Of a DNA stretch of 33,103 nucleotides, positions 6,261 to 16,061 are shown piece after piece. The position numbers and the translations under genes were made by a program. Position 1 is the stretch's first letter, and each line of letters starts with the position of its first letter. Origin of the DNA: a virus; UHGV virus genome UHGV-0224796. The stretch is one strand, 5' to 3'. The notes below the pieces were generated by a model that was not told where the DNA came from, did not search any database, and saw nothing but the letters and a program-made list of their open reading frames with translations.

Positions 6261-8819
6261 ATGAGCGAAGGTACGAGCGTCGGCAAAATCTTTTTAGAAC
6301 TGGATATTCTGGCTGATCTGAAATCGCAGCTGGAGAGCATCGCAAGCAAGGCACAGGGCCAGGCGAAGAGCAGCTTTGAGAATGTCGGAAAAGCCGCCTC
6401 TGAAGCGATGCAACGGCCAGTTGAAAAAATGAATAAGACCGTCGAAAAAGTTACGGACAAGGTCCAGAAGACGGTCGAAGAGTGCATCACCGCCACCGGC
6501 GAATCACTCGACGCAATGGTAGAACGAGCCTTGAAACCTCGAAATTTTGAGGTAGAGGCTAAAGTGACGCAAGCAGCGGCAGAACCAGGCGCTCCCCGCG
6601 GGCCACCCAAATACGCGATGGCTGGCCCTGATCCAGCAAAATTTATTGAAAACTACGGCAAGCAGGCAGAGAAATCAACTATCCCTATGGAGGATATCTT
6701 TCAGGCTGCCGATAAGCCCGCGGAATTGCTGAAGCAGAAGATCGAAAACATAACCACGCAGATTACAGATCAACGTGAAAATCTGCTGAAACTGGAAAAC
6801 GCTTATGCAAAGCTGGGCGAAGAAGGCGGAGAAGAAAGTGATAAGCTTGCCCAGAAGATCACCGCCGGGGAAGGCCGCCTGATATCTCTACAGCAGACCC
6901 TGATGCAGACGCAGGCAAAGTATGATAAAGCAATGTCGGCAGCGGCGCAGGCGACGGAGAAGCCCAAGGAAGCCGTTGACTCGCTCGGTGAACAGATCAA
7001 GTCAACCCTGAAGTCTGCGGCCTCCAAGGGTGGAAAGAGTGTCAAAAACGGCCTCGTAAAAGCCTTTTCCAGCATGAAGCAAAACGCCTCAAAATCCGTT
7101 AAGGATGTGGGGCATAAAGTCAGCGGCCTTGGGCGAAGTATCAAGAGCGCGTTTAAGTCGGCCATCCTGATGGCGGGCTTGTACGCAGCCTTCCGCGCAT
7201 TTCGCGACCTGATCGGCGGCGCATTAACGTCAAACGAGCAGTTTGCAGCATCTCTGAATGCTTTGAAAGGAAATTTACAGGTTGCCTTCACGCCGATCTT
7301 GCAGGTAATTATGCCAGCGGTCAATGCGCTTATGTCTGGACTCGCCCTTGCCGCACAAAAGATTGCCGCGTTTACGTCGAGTGTATTTGGGAAAACATAC
7401 GCCCAGTCTGTCGCGGCTACCAAACGGCTGAAAAGCACGTCAAAGGAAGCCAAAAAGGCCGCGGGCGCGGTCGCCGGATTCGACCAGCTAAACAATATCG
7501 AGAAGTCAGAATCAGCAGAAGATGGCGGTACAAATCTAGATGCGCTGTCCGTCGACCCAAACGCCGGCGCGAATCTTGTCAAAGAATTTTCTGACCTCGG
7601 CCCTATCATTGCCGGTTTTTTGACACAAGCACTGGTCAAAATTGCACAATTTGCACCGAAGTTTGTACAGGGCGCGGTCACTGTGCTGACCTCTTTTATC
7701 CGGGGCATCAATGCAAATTTCCCGATGATTTCAAGTGCAGTTCTCGGTATCATCACTGCATTCATGGATGGCCTTGATCAGCTGATTCCGGAGCTGGTGC
7801 CTTTCGGCGTGAACGTTATCACGCTGTTGGTTCAAGCTTTTTTGACCTATGCTCCCAGGTTGATTTCTGCTGGTATTGCTTTGATCACGGGGTTGTTAGC
7901 CGGACTGGCCGACAAGATGCCAGAGCTGATCCCAATGGCACAGGATGCGATTCGTATGATCGTGAAGTCACTGACGGATAACCTGCCGCAGATTCTGCAG
8001 TCTGGAATGGAGATTCTATTGGCTTTGATCGACGGAATTATAGAAATTTTGCCCGAGCTGATTCCAACCGTGACTCTGGTATGCTGGTCCATCGGTCGGG
8101 CCATCATTGATAACCTACCGCAAATCATTCAAATGGGTGTTAATTTACTCCTGGCTTTGGTCGACGGGTTTCTTGGAGCTTCGGACGTCATCATGGAGAT
8201 GGCGCCACAAATGATTGAAACGCTTGTTAAGGGACTTATTGAATCAATCCCGATATTACTTGAAGGAGCTTGGAAGCTTGTTCAAGCATTGTGGAAGTAT
8301 TTCACCGAAACAAATTGGGCTCAGCTTGGTATCGACATCATGGTCGCCTTGGCCAACGGTGTAATCAAAGGTCTTAATACGCTCATTGGCAAGCTGAATC
8401 AATTTGATATTGACGTCCCCGATTGGGTGCCAATCATCGGAGGCAAAAACGTAAGCTTCAAACTGCCGACGATCCCGACGATTAAGGCGCCGCAGTTACC
8501 CAGTTTTGCCCAGGGCGGAATCGTCTCACAGCCCACCCTCGCAATGGTCGGCGACAACCGTCAGAGCCCCGAAGCGATTGCCCCGCTGCACGAGTTGTAC
8601 GGCATGATCAAGCAGGCCGTAGCGGATGGCGGCACCGGCCTGACCGCCGGTGAAATCTACACTGCCATGCTTAACGCGCTTAACGACAGCAAGTTTGGCA
8701 GCCAAATCCGGCTGGAGGGCGACGTCAACATTGATGGGCGCAAGTTTGCGCGGATTATCGCACAGGCTGTGTGGGATGAGTTTGTTCGAATGGGTAGGCT
8801 GAAGCCTCAAACAGTGTAA
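6261..8819 (+). CDS. Tape measure protein
   Basis: 852 aa Ala/Lys-rich helical protein with periodic hydrophobic repeats and FAQGGIV...AMVGD...EAIAPL motif. Confidence 0.9.
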   Translation: MSEGTSVGKIFLELDILADLKSQLESIASKAQGQAKSSFENVGKAASEAMQRPVEKMNKTVEKVTDKVQKTVEECITATGESLDAMVERALKPRNFEVEAKVTQAAAEPGAPRGPPKYAMAGPDPAKFIENYGKQAEKSTIPMEDIFQAADKPAELLKQKIENITTQITDQRENLLKLENAYAKLGEEGGEESDKLAQKITAGEGRLISLQQTLMQTQAKYDKAMSAAAQATEKPKEAVDSLGEQIKSTLKSAASKGGKSVKNGLVKAFSSMKQNASKSVKDVGHKVSGLGRSIKSAFKSAILMAGLYAAFRAFRDLIGGALTSNEQFAASLNALKGNLQVAFTPILQVIMPAVNALMSGLALAAQKIAAFTSSVFGKTYAQSVAATKRLKSTSKEAKKAAGAVAGFDQLNNIEKSESAEDGGTNLDALSVDPNAGANLVKEFSDLGPIIAGFLTQALVKIAQFAPKFVQGAVTVLTSFIRGINANFPMISSAVLGIITAFMDGLDQLIPELVPFGVNVITLLVQAFLTYAPRLISAGIALITGLLAGLADKMPELIPMAQDAIRMIVKSLTDNLPQILQSGMEILLALIDGIIEILPELIPTVTLVCWSIGRAIIDNLPQIIQMGVNLLLALVDGFLGASDVIMEMAPQMIETLVKGLIESIPILLEGAWKLVQALWKYFTETNWAQLGIDIMVALANGVIKGLNTLIGKLNQFDIDVPDWVPIIGGKNVSFKLPTIPTIKAPQLPSFAQGGIVSQPTLAMVGDNRQSPEAIAPLHELYGMIKQAVADGGTGLTAGEIYTAMLNALNDSKFGSQIRLEGDVNIDGRKFARIIAQAVWDEFVRMGRLKPQTV

Positions 8820-8831
8820 GGAGATGATTCA

Positions 8832-9203
8832 ATGGTCTATGCCGTAGATGGCGTGGCTTTTCCTGTCCAACCGGATGCCTATATGTCTATGTCGAGTGAT
8901 CAGGTAGTAACCGGGGCGCAGCGTACCGTTGGCCCGGGTGCTCAGATGACAAAGGAACTGCTGGCCGAGAAATTAACGGCAAACTGTAAGTGGACGTTCC
9001 TCACGCGCGACCAGTTTTTGCGTATCAAACGGATGCGCACTGGGAAGAACTTTGTCCGCCTGCGGTATTACGATGAAAATACGGATACAATCCGAGAAGG
9101 GCAATTCTACAGCGGTACAATGACGTATGAACCAGGGCCGACAGATGCGAGCGGGAAGCCGGCGCACTACAAAAATATATCGTGGCCGTTTATTGAACGA
9201 TAG
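8832..9203 (+). CDS. Distal tail-like protein
   Basis: 123 aa right after the tape measure gene, ending FIER. Confidence 0.6.
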   Translation: MVYAVDGVAFPVQPDAYMSMSSDQVVTGAQRTVGPGAQMTKELLAEKLTANCKWTFLTRDQFLRIKRMRTGKNFVRLRYYDENTDTIREGQFYSGTMTYEPGPTDASGKPAHYKNISWPFIER

Positions 9204-9216
9204 AAAGGAGGCCCCT

Positions 9217-11034
9217 ATGCTCACCGTCCCGCAAGAATACCACACTTATAGCGCCGCCTCTGAACGCCGCACAGACCTAGTCGTCCGGCTCGATCCATTA
9301 AGCTGGCCGACAAACATCAACGCCCACGGCACCGCGCACAGCCTTTGTATGCCCATCCAATGGGACAAATCTCCTCCCCACCGTCTCTATGCCACAGGAG
9401 AGTACAACCGCACGCCCCTCGACGGCCGGGCGCTCGTCAACGGCTGGGCCGGGCAGGTCTGCGGCTATCTCTCCGACGCCCTGTCCGATCAGGACGGCAT
9501 GTTTGCCGCAGACACTGTCAAACTCAGCTGTACCCGCAATGGCGGTGCGATCAGCGTTTTGACCATCTGCTTTGATCCCGCAGCCAATGAATACGCCGTA
9601 GACTTTGACGTCACAATCGACGGCGCGTCGTCCACAGAGACCTATCATCAAGAATGGCACATCCGCAACAATGACCAGCCCATTGTGCACATCACCGGTA
9701 TCCGCGCCGCCTACGATACTGTTACGGTCACCGTCAGTAAGTGGAGCCATCCCTTCCACCGGGCACGCATCCGCGAGATCGCAAACGGCGTGTTATTCGA
9801 GGCCACCGGAGATAGCCTCTACTCGTGCAACCTGATCTCCGAATCCGATCCCACCAACCAATCCATCCCCGCCGGCGAATGTACCCTGACCTATCCCGAT
9901 CCCTTGGGCATGTTCGACCCGGCGAACCCCGCGGGCGTGGCATCTGCTGTCCGGTCGGATCAGATCATGACCGTCTGGATTGGCGTATCCGACGGGCAGC
10001 ACAAGCCTGTCTATGCCAAAGTCGGCGCCTACTATTGCCCCAAAGCCACCAGCAAGGGCGGTACAGGCGAGCTGCATGCCGTGGATATCCTCGGCAAATT
10101 GCAGGGCGCAGCAAAGCCCAACGCCCGCTCCCTTGACCACCTCCATAATCAGAGCCTCGCGGATTTCGTGCTCGGCCTTGGGGCCAGCCCGTGGATCCCG
10201 GCGACGGATTTTACAGGATCGGCCCCGACTGCCTTTGATAAAGGCACAAACCGCCTGGAGTGCCTGCGATATGTATCACAATACCTGCACAAGCTGCTGT
10301 ATGTCGACGCGGACGGCAATGCCCGGCTGACCGCCATGTCCCGTACGCCGGTTGCCGTAATCCCGTTGGATCAGTCCTACGAGCATCCGTCCATTGAGGC
10401 CCGCGAGGAGCTCGGCGGCATTGATTACACCTGGCACCGGTATGAAGATACGGGCGAAGAAATCCTTGCGGCTACCGCCGCCATACAGACCGCCAAAGGC
10501 GTGCCTGTCACTTACACGGCGATTACGGAGGAGCCGGTCGCATACACCCGCTGCGAAGTGGAGCATCCTTACGCAAGCGACTTTGTTGTGACACTGGTCT
10601 CAGCGACCTCCTATGCAATCCGGATTACTGTCAGGACGGACGCTGTGTTTACGGATCCGGATGAGTACAATGTCACGGTCAGACTGTACGGCAAAAAGAT
10701 TGAGGATCAGACAGGCTCCGGCACGTCTGAAAAGGACAGCGTGGTCAACAAGGAGCAGAACCGCATGTCCGTCGACAACCCAATCCCGGTCGGCATACTC
10801 GATCGGCTCACCTGGGGTATGTATCTCCGGCGGACCTACGGCAAGGCGGACATCACCTGTAACTGGCGTGGGGATGCGTCCCTGCAAGTGGGTGACCCGG
10901 TCACGGTAGAGGGCAAATACGGCCCTCTGAACGGCGTGATCATCAAGCAGGAGATCGATTACGATGGGGCGCTCACGATGCGCACTACGGTCCGCCAGCC
11001 GGATTGGATGATCAATCTGGGAGGTGAGGGCTGA
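9217..11034 (+). CDS. Tail tip/baseplate protein
   Basis: RBS AAGGAGG at ATG 9217; WRGDASLQVGDPV C-terminal motif; synteny. Confidence 0.7.
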   Translation: MLTVPQEYHTYSAASERRTDLVVRLDPLSWPTNINAHGTAHSLCMPIQWDKSPPHRLYATGEYNRTPLDGRALVNGWAGQVCGYLSDALSDQDGMFAADTVKLSCTRNGGAISVLTICFDPAANEYAVDFDVTIDGASSTETYHQEWHIRNNDQPIVHITGIRAAYDTVTVTVSKWSHPFHRARIREIANGVLFEATGDSLYSCNLISESDPTNQSIPAGECTLTYPDPLGMFDPANPAGVASAVRSDQIMTVWIGVSDGQHKPVYAKVGAYYCPKATSKGGTGELHAVDILGKLQGAAKPNARSLDHLHNQSLADFVLGLGASPWIPATDFTGSAPTAFDKGTNRLECLRYVSQYLHKLLYVDADGNARLTAMSRTPVAVIPLDQSYEHPSIEAREELGGIDYTWHRYEDTGEEILAATAAIQTAKGVPVTYTAITEEPVAYTRCEVEHPYASDFVVTLVSATSYAIRITVRTDAVFTDPDEYNVTVRLYGKKIEDQTGSGTSEKDSVVNKEQNRMSVDNPIPVGILDRLTWGMYLRRTYGKADITCNWRGDASLQVGDPVTVEGKYGPLNGVIIKQEIDYDGALTMRTTVRQPDWMINLGGEG

Positions 11035-11495
11035 TGCATATTAAGACGGGCTGGACGCCCCGAGACTATCTTGACCTGTATGTAACGGACGACGGCGAGA
11101 CGTTTGACCTGGTGCAGGGTGGCCAGGCAGGCAATAACGATGCTCTGGCCTTCAACCGGATCCTCGCAAACTGCAAGACCATCGCGGACACATACAACAA
11201 AATATTCGGTACGGCGTGGAGCTATGGCTTCACGCCGTTTACCGTTGAGAGTATTTACTCTGCCGCCAACCTGCAATTGATTGAGGGCCGCTGCGGGGAA
11301 CTCGCTCGGGCGTTTGGACTGGATTACAGCGGCAGAACCTGGGCGGCAGGGGATGTCGTTGATTACCGCGACCTTAACCGCTGGGAGGCGCCGTTTGAGT
11401 TGATGCAGCACTACGAGAGCCAGACGGCCGAAACGCTTAAAATACGCCGCTGCGGGGCATTTTCCTGCGGCGACAATACCGCATATTACAGATAA
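11034..11495 (+). CDS. Minor tail protein
   Basis: KTGW...FNRI...YRDLNRWE pattern; coupled to the upstream gene. Confidence 0.6.
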   Translation: MHIKTGWTPRDYLDLYVTDDGETFDLVQGGQAGNNDALAFNRILANCKTIADTYNKIFGTAWSYGFTPFTVESIYSAANLQLIEGRCGELARAFGLDYSGRTWAAGDVVDYRDLNRWEAPFELMQHYESQTAETLKIRRCGAFSCGDNTAYYR

Positions 11496-11507
11496 GGAGA
11501 TGATCAA

Positions 11508-12068
11508 ATGGCTTACACGCCAACCAAATGGCAAGATCATATACCCGAGGTGCAGGACGGTACGCCGGTTAGCGCGGTGAATATGAATAAGATCGAGGAA
11601 GGGATCATGCAGGCACACCAGGTTGCAGACAGCACTGCAAGCGCACTGGATCACGCCTATCATCCGCTGTTTCCATATTACTCCGCAGGGGCGACAGGCG
11701 ACAGCACGAGCACAATCTATTACACGGCTGATGGCCTAACCACCGGCGTCTACCTGCTGCTCGCCAGCGGTAACTACAACCCCGGCGGAGCGGCATATTA
11801 CCGATCTGTCTACAGCGCGATCCTGCTGCTGTCCTGCGGCTACAACAACACGACAAAGCAAGTGGTATACCGTATCAAAATCGGGACGTCCTCCAGCATG
11901 GCCGGTACGTCCGGTGTTGCAGACGGGAAGTTTGTAGTCGGCTTTGGGGGGATGGCGTCGGAGATTCAACGCACGGCCGCGACAGCAAAAATATTCATTT
12001 GCCTATCGCGAGACAGTGCCGCATCCTCGGCGGACAACTGGGATGTGCGGCTGCATAAGCTGATATGA
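11508..12068 (+). CDS. Tail fibre/receptor-binding-like protein
   Basis: N-terminal MAYTPTKWQDH...GTPVSAVNMNKIEEGI attachment-type motif; beta-rich C-terminus. Confidence 0.6.
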   Translation: MAYTPTKWQDHIPEVQDGTPVSAVNMNKIEEGIMQAHQVADSTASALDHAYHPLFPYYSAGATGDSTSTIYYTADGLTTGVYLLLASGNYNPGGAAYYRSVYSAILLLSCGYNNTTKQVVYRIKIGTSSSMAGTSGVADGKFVVGFGGMASEIQRTAATAKIFICLSRDSAASSADNWDVRLHKLI

Positions 12069-12194
12069 TCTACAGCCAGGCTGCAGCCGCAGCGGCGCAT
12101 CTATACCTTGCGGCGAGCATCACTATTTCGATATTGGTCACGTCGATCTTCGGCGTGGCCTTATCTATTATCTTAAATTTAAGGAGCGATCAAC

Positions 12195-13214
12195 ATGTCG
12201 AAACCCACAATCTACATCGCCGCCGGGCATGGCGGGAACGATCCGGGCGCGGTAAGCGGTAAATACATCGAAAAAGCGCTGACCCTCAAAACCGCGCTGG
12301 CTTGCCAGAATTACCTGAGAAATTACGAATGCGAGACCGTCATGGCCCGCACAACGGACAAAAGCTGCACAGTTGCTTACAAAATGGAGGAAGTCGAGAA
12401 GAAACGGCCCTCCCTCGTGCTCGAAATCCACTATAACGCCGGCGGCGGGGAGGGCTGCGAGGTCTACTACTGGCACACGCACGCGCCCTCGAAGTCACTA
12501 GCGCAAAAAGTGCTTGCTGAAATGGTGAAGCTCGGCCAAAAGAGCCGGGGGATCAAGGAGAGCAAGGCGGGCACAAGCTACAACTTCGGCATGTGCCGCC
12601 AGGCGGCCACAACGGGTATCCCCTCCATCCTCGGCGAATATGCGTTTGTAGACAACGCAAAGGATCAGGCGAAGATCAACTCAGATGCGAAGCTCAGGGC
12701 AGTCGGTGAGGCGTATGCGAAGGCGGCGGTCAGCTATCTTGGACTGCGAAAAAGGAGCACGGCGGGTGATGCACCCTCTACCAAGCCCGAAGCCATCGGC
12801 GTGGGCGATATCGTCCAGTTCGCGGGCGGGAAGGTGTATGCCTCCTCCACAGCGACGGCGGCAGCCAGCACGCGCGGCGCGAGCAAATGCAAAGTAACGG
12901 CAACCGCACCGGGCGCAAAGCATCCCTTCCACTGTATCAGCGAGGACGGCAAGGGCGTGTATGGCTGGGTCGATGCGGCGGCAGTTGGTGCACCCACAGC
13001 GGCCAAGCCCGTGGAGGTTGGCTGCACAGTCACGATCAACAAGGGAGCGGTATACGGCGGCTTGACCTCCGCGCGGGGCAATAAGGTGCCTGCCGCTCAG
13101 TTGGCCCCCAAAAAACATACGGTCAGCAAAATCCAAGTTAATAAAGACGTCCAGGAGGCGCTGCTCAAGGAGATTACCTCCTGGGTGGCGGTATCCTCCC
13201 TGACGCGCGTGTAA
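12195..13214 (+). CDS. Endolysin, N-acetylmuramoyl-L-alanine amidase (Amidase_3) with two C-terminal cell-wall-binding-like domains
   Basis: AGHGGNDPGA, E, IHYNA and LGEYAFVDN catalytic motifs. Confidence 0.9.
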   Translation: MSKPTIYIAAGHGGNDPGAVSGKYIEKALTLKTALACQNYLRNYECETVMARTTDKSCTVAYKMEEVEKKRPSLVLEIHYNAGGGEGCEVYYWHTHAPSKSLAQKVLAEMVKLGQKSRGIKESKAGTSYNFGMCRQAATTGIPSILGEYAFVDNAKDQAKINSDAKLRAVGEAYAKAAVSYLGLRKRSTAGDAPSTKPEAIGVGDIVQFAGGKVYASSTATAAASTRGASKCKVTATAPGAKHPFHCISEDGKGVYGWVDAAAVGAPTAAKPVEVGCTVTINKGAVYGGLTSARGNKVPAAQLAPKKHTVSKIQVNKDVQEALLKEITSWVAVSSLTRV

Positions 13215-13227
13215 GGATGGTGGAGCA

Positions 13228-13524
13228 ATGGAGCCGGTAGATAAGGCAGTTTGCGAGGCAAAGTGCAAGGTGATGGATGAGAGGTTTGCCCGCGACCTGC
13301 GCGATATTGACGACTGCAAAATCCGCCTGCAAAAGATTGAAGAGCTGACGATCAAAATGGGTGAGCTGGTGGAGGCCAATCAAAAGGCGGTGGAGGATCA
13401 TGACAGCCGCCTCTGTGCATTGGAGCACCGCCCGTCCATGTGGTGGGATAAGCTGCTCTCAGCGGGCGTCTCCGCAGGTGTGGCGGCGTTAGTCAGTCTG
13501 ATCGCATCCGTGATTGTGAGGTGA
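13228..13524 (+). CDS. Coiled-coil plus C-terminal TM lysis-module protein (XhlA-like)
   Basis: Coiled coil followed by WWDKLLSAGVSAGVAALVSLIASVIV. Confidence 0.6.
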   Translation: MEPVDKAVCEAKCKVMDERFARDLRDIDDCKIRLQKIEELTIKMGELVEANQKAVEDHDSRLCALEHRPSMWWDKLLSAGVSAGVAALVSLIASVIVR

Positions 13525-13529
13525 AAACG

Positions 13530-13622
13530 ATGCGTTTATGGGTAAGCGTTGCGGCGCTTGTCAATGCAATCGCCCTGGGGCTGCTGGCGCTATCAACGTA
13601 CATACCGGGGCTGTGGGTATAA
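13530..13622 (+). CDS. 30 aa hydrophobic peptide, not in ORF track
   Basis: RBS GAGGTG; MRLWVSVAALVNAIALGLLALSTYIPGLWV. Confidence 0.5.
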   Translation: MRLWVSVAALVNAIALGLLALSTYIPGLWV

Positions 13623-13685
13623 GGTACGGAAAGGCCCTCCGTCGAGCGGCGGAGGGAAAAGTCTAAACTATGGAGGTAATATATC

Positions 13686-13964
13686 ATGAACATCAACTGG
13701 AAAGTGCGATTAAAGAGTGGCCCATTTTGGATGGGTATTGCATCCGCCGTCATCATGGCCGTGTTTTATATTTTAAACCTTTGCGGCGTTGCGCCGGAGA
13801 TCACGGGCAGCCAGATCGTGGATGCGGTAAGGCTGGTTTTGATGATTCCGGCCGCGATCGGGATCATCTCTGACCCGACCACCAAGGGCGTGCAGGATAG
13901 CAAGCTTGCTATGACGTATGACGCGCCTAAGGCGGATGAGGAGTTGCACGAAAAAAGCGAATAA
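13686..13964 (+). CDS. Holin (phi LC3-like family)
   Basis: MNINWKVRLK...FW, two TM segments, DPTTKGVQDS motif. Confidence 0.9.
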   Translation: MNINWKVRLKSGPFWMGIASAVIMAVFYILNLCGVAPEITGSQIVDAVRLVLMIPAAIGIISDPTTKGVQDSKLAMTYDAPKADEELHEKSE

Positions 13965-13968
13965 ACAA

Positions 13969-14006
13969 AACGAGCCCTGGTTTCCAAATGGAAGCCAGGG
14001 CTCGTT
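13969..14006. terminator. Long hairpin terminator after holin, also closing the minus-strand unit
   Basis: AACGAGCCCTGGTTTCC-AAAT-GGAAGCCAGGGCTCGTT with a U-tract on the minus strand. Confidence 0.8.
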
Positions 14007-14021
14007 GGGTCTTCTATGCTG

Positions 14022-14054
14022 TTAGACAATGTCTTCCTCATAATTAGTACTCAT
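14022..14054 (-). CDS. 10 aa peptide MSTNYEEDIV, not in ORF track
   Basis: AGGAGG (14064-14069) lies 9 nt before ATG; own promoter upstream and terminator downstream. Confidence 0.55.
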   Translation of the reverse strand: MSTNYEEDIV

Positions 14055-14079
14055 TATTATCATCCTCCTATGCATTTAT

Positions 14080-14108
14080 ATTATATTCAATTGTGCTGCA
14101 ATATGCAA
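14080..14108 (-). promoter_or_regulatory. SigA promoter for the 10 aa peptide gene
   Basis: TTGCAT (14103-14108), 17 nt, TATAAT (14080-14085). Confidence 0.65.
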
Positions 14109-14179
14109 GCGTTATGCAAAAAATTAACAACTTTGATAATGATTCGTGATATATGATAAATTTATACTGGTAAAAAACA

Positions 14180-15268
14180 TCATTTTTTGATTATATTAAT
14201 GCACACACCATCGTTTTTAAACACCCAATTTTTAAATTTTGCCCGAAAACGATCGTCTTTGTTGGTATTGGGCGTATTTTGTGAACAGTCAACAAATCCA
14301 AAAGGCGATCCTACTACCTTATAATCCGAATTGCTATCTGTAACCGAAAAAGTTAATTCAAACTCTTTGCAGGGAGCATTTATTCTCGCGGTATACACTG
14401 TATCATTTAAAGGCACGCGTGTTGTATACTCTATAATGATATCTGTAGGAGATTTAGAATTAAGATGAATCTTATTCATGGAAACAACTGTGCGACTGTT
14501 ATATCCGCATTTATCTTCTAAGCTGTCAGATCCTGATTCAATCTGTTCTTTGTTCACTGTATAATTATCTCTCGCTACGGCTTTTCCGTTGAGGCTTATT
14601 TTGTTAAGTGTAAACACAACATATTTCCCAGAATCGAAAACGCAAGAACGAGCCAAAGGAAAATTATTGATTACACATTTATCTTCCACTGCATAGATTC
14701 TCATAACTTTTTTAATGGTTTTCTCAATATATTCCTTTTGAATGTCACAGGTTACTATATATTCTGCCCTGTTATAATAGTAAAACTCATTTTCCTCTAT
14801 AAGGGTATTTCTTACACTAGAATACATATCAGAAAAAATCGCATTAGAGTTAAAATATTTTTCTGATTCGAGTTTTGATAGTAGATTATCTTTACTTTCT
14901 GGAACTAAGCTATCAATTATTTTATCGGATGAAATTATGTCATTAGCCATCCATTCATCAAGCATTTTATTCTTGTTTTTAATGTCAATAAATAGGGCAG
15001 ACAGAAAAGACGACAGTATCAGCGAAATGAATACAAGTATAACATCTTTTAAGGTGTTCAATTTGGCTATCTGTTTCAATTCTAATGTCGAACTATTGCT
15101 CCGGATACTGTTATCAGCATAGGCAGCAATATTTATCTGCTCTTGCATCAAATTTGTTTGATAATTGATAAAAAAATAAACAGCTATAGCAAAAGCCACC
15201 AAAATAAGAGCGACAATCATATTTTTGTTTTGCACGCCAAATTTTTTTACATTTTTACCTATATTCAT
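14180..15268 (-). CDS. AT-rich moron: two-TM membrane protein with large beta-rich C-terminal domain
   Basis: TM segments MIVALILVAFAIAVYFFI and VILVFISLILSSFLSALFI; start 15268 (GGGAG RBS) or 15283. Confidence 0.8.
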   Translation of the reverse strand: MNIGKNVKKFGVQNKNMIVALILVAFAIAVYFFINYQTNLMQEQINIAAYADNSIRSNSSTLELKQIAKLNTLKDVILVFISLILSSFLSALFIDIKNKNKMLDEWMANDIISSDKIIDSLVPESKDNLLSKLESEKYFNSNAIFSDMYSSVRNTLIEENEFYYYNRAEYIVTCDIQKEYIEKTIKKVMRIYAVEDKCVINNFPLARSCVFDSGKYVVFTLNKISLNGKAVARDNYTVNKEQIESGSDSLEDKCGYNSRTVVSMNKIHLNSKSPTDIIIEYTTRVPLNDTVYTARINAPCKEFELTFSVTDSNSDYKVVGSPFGFVDCSQNTPNTNKDDRFRAKFKNWVFKNDGVCINIIKK

Positions 15269-15421
15269 CTTATCATCTCCCATTTATTTACTATAATAGT
15301 ACAATGTTTGTCAAAAGTCAATTGTAAAATCCCAATTTACAGAATAAATTTTTACAAAATATTGTATTAAGTCTATCAAATTAGACAGTATCTGTAAAAG
15401 AGGGGATTTTACATAAAATGT

Positions 15422-15453
15422 AACCCCGCCAAGGATTTCTCCCTGGTGGGGTT
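15422..15453. terminator. Hairpin between the two morons
   Basis: AACCCCGCCA...TGGTGGGGTT stem. Confidence 0.5.
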
Positions 15454-15521
15454 TGAAGTGCCGATCTTCAAAGCCTATAATCGATTTCAGAGTTTTATTC
15501 TGTTTCCCGATATAAAGTAAG

Positions 15522-16061
15522 TTAACCGTGATAGTTTACAAATCCAACCTTTTTTGTATTACCAGCGGTATAAAGAACTACCGGATATCCATACAATCCC
15601 GCAATCTTGGTACAAGTCTCCCAAGGATCCAAGTACCCAATAGAATTTGTCCTGTCAGCGGCGTTGTCCACTGTACTATAAACATACTCTCTCGTAGAAC
15701 CGTTTTTATACGTAGTTGGGTTCCAATATGGATTCGTAACGCCACCATTGTAGTTAACGAATCCAACCTTATAGTTACTAGCCTGACTTCCATAATGCGG
15801 CTCAATCGGATACATTACGATATAGCAACCGTCGTAAATACCTACTTGATACGCTGTGTCATTGGCAAACAAGGAGCCTATATAATTACTACCTTGTGCT
15901 TTACAAGCGGACACGGTACTATAAACTCGGGTAGTTGAGGCTTTGTTCCGCCAAATCTGATATGTAGCGCTAGCTGATGCAGATGATAATAATGCTTGGC
16001 TCAGCACGAAAATAAGGCAAAAAATTGCAACCAATTTTCGAAAGTGTTCGCGGTGTTTCAT
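15522..16061 (-). CDS. Moron: secreted protein with two tandem SH3-like/cell-wall-binding-like repeats
   Basis: RBS AGGAGG; signal peptide MKHREHFRKLVAIFCLIFVLSQALLSSASASA; two repeats each with VYSTV...IG.L...KVGFVNY.G. Confidence 0.75.
   Translation of the reverse strand: MKHREHFRKLVAIFCLIFVLSQALLSSASASATYQIWRNKASTTRVYSTVSACKAQGSNYIGSLFANDTAYQVGIYDGCYIVMYPIEPHYGSQASNYKVGFVNYNGGVTNPYWNPTTYKNGSTREYVYSTVDNAADRTNSIGYLDPWETCTKIAGLYGYPVVLYTAGNTKKVGFVNYHG

Noticed and set aside
5801..7765. 269 aa and 320 aa minus-strand ORFs
   Set aside because: Antisense shadows of the chaperone and tape measure genes.
9217..12068. Diversity-generating retroelement or invertible tail fibre locus
   Set aside because: No reverse transcriptase or invertase, and no template/variable repeat pair seen.
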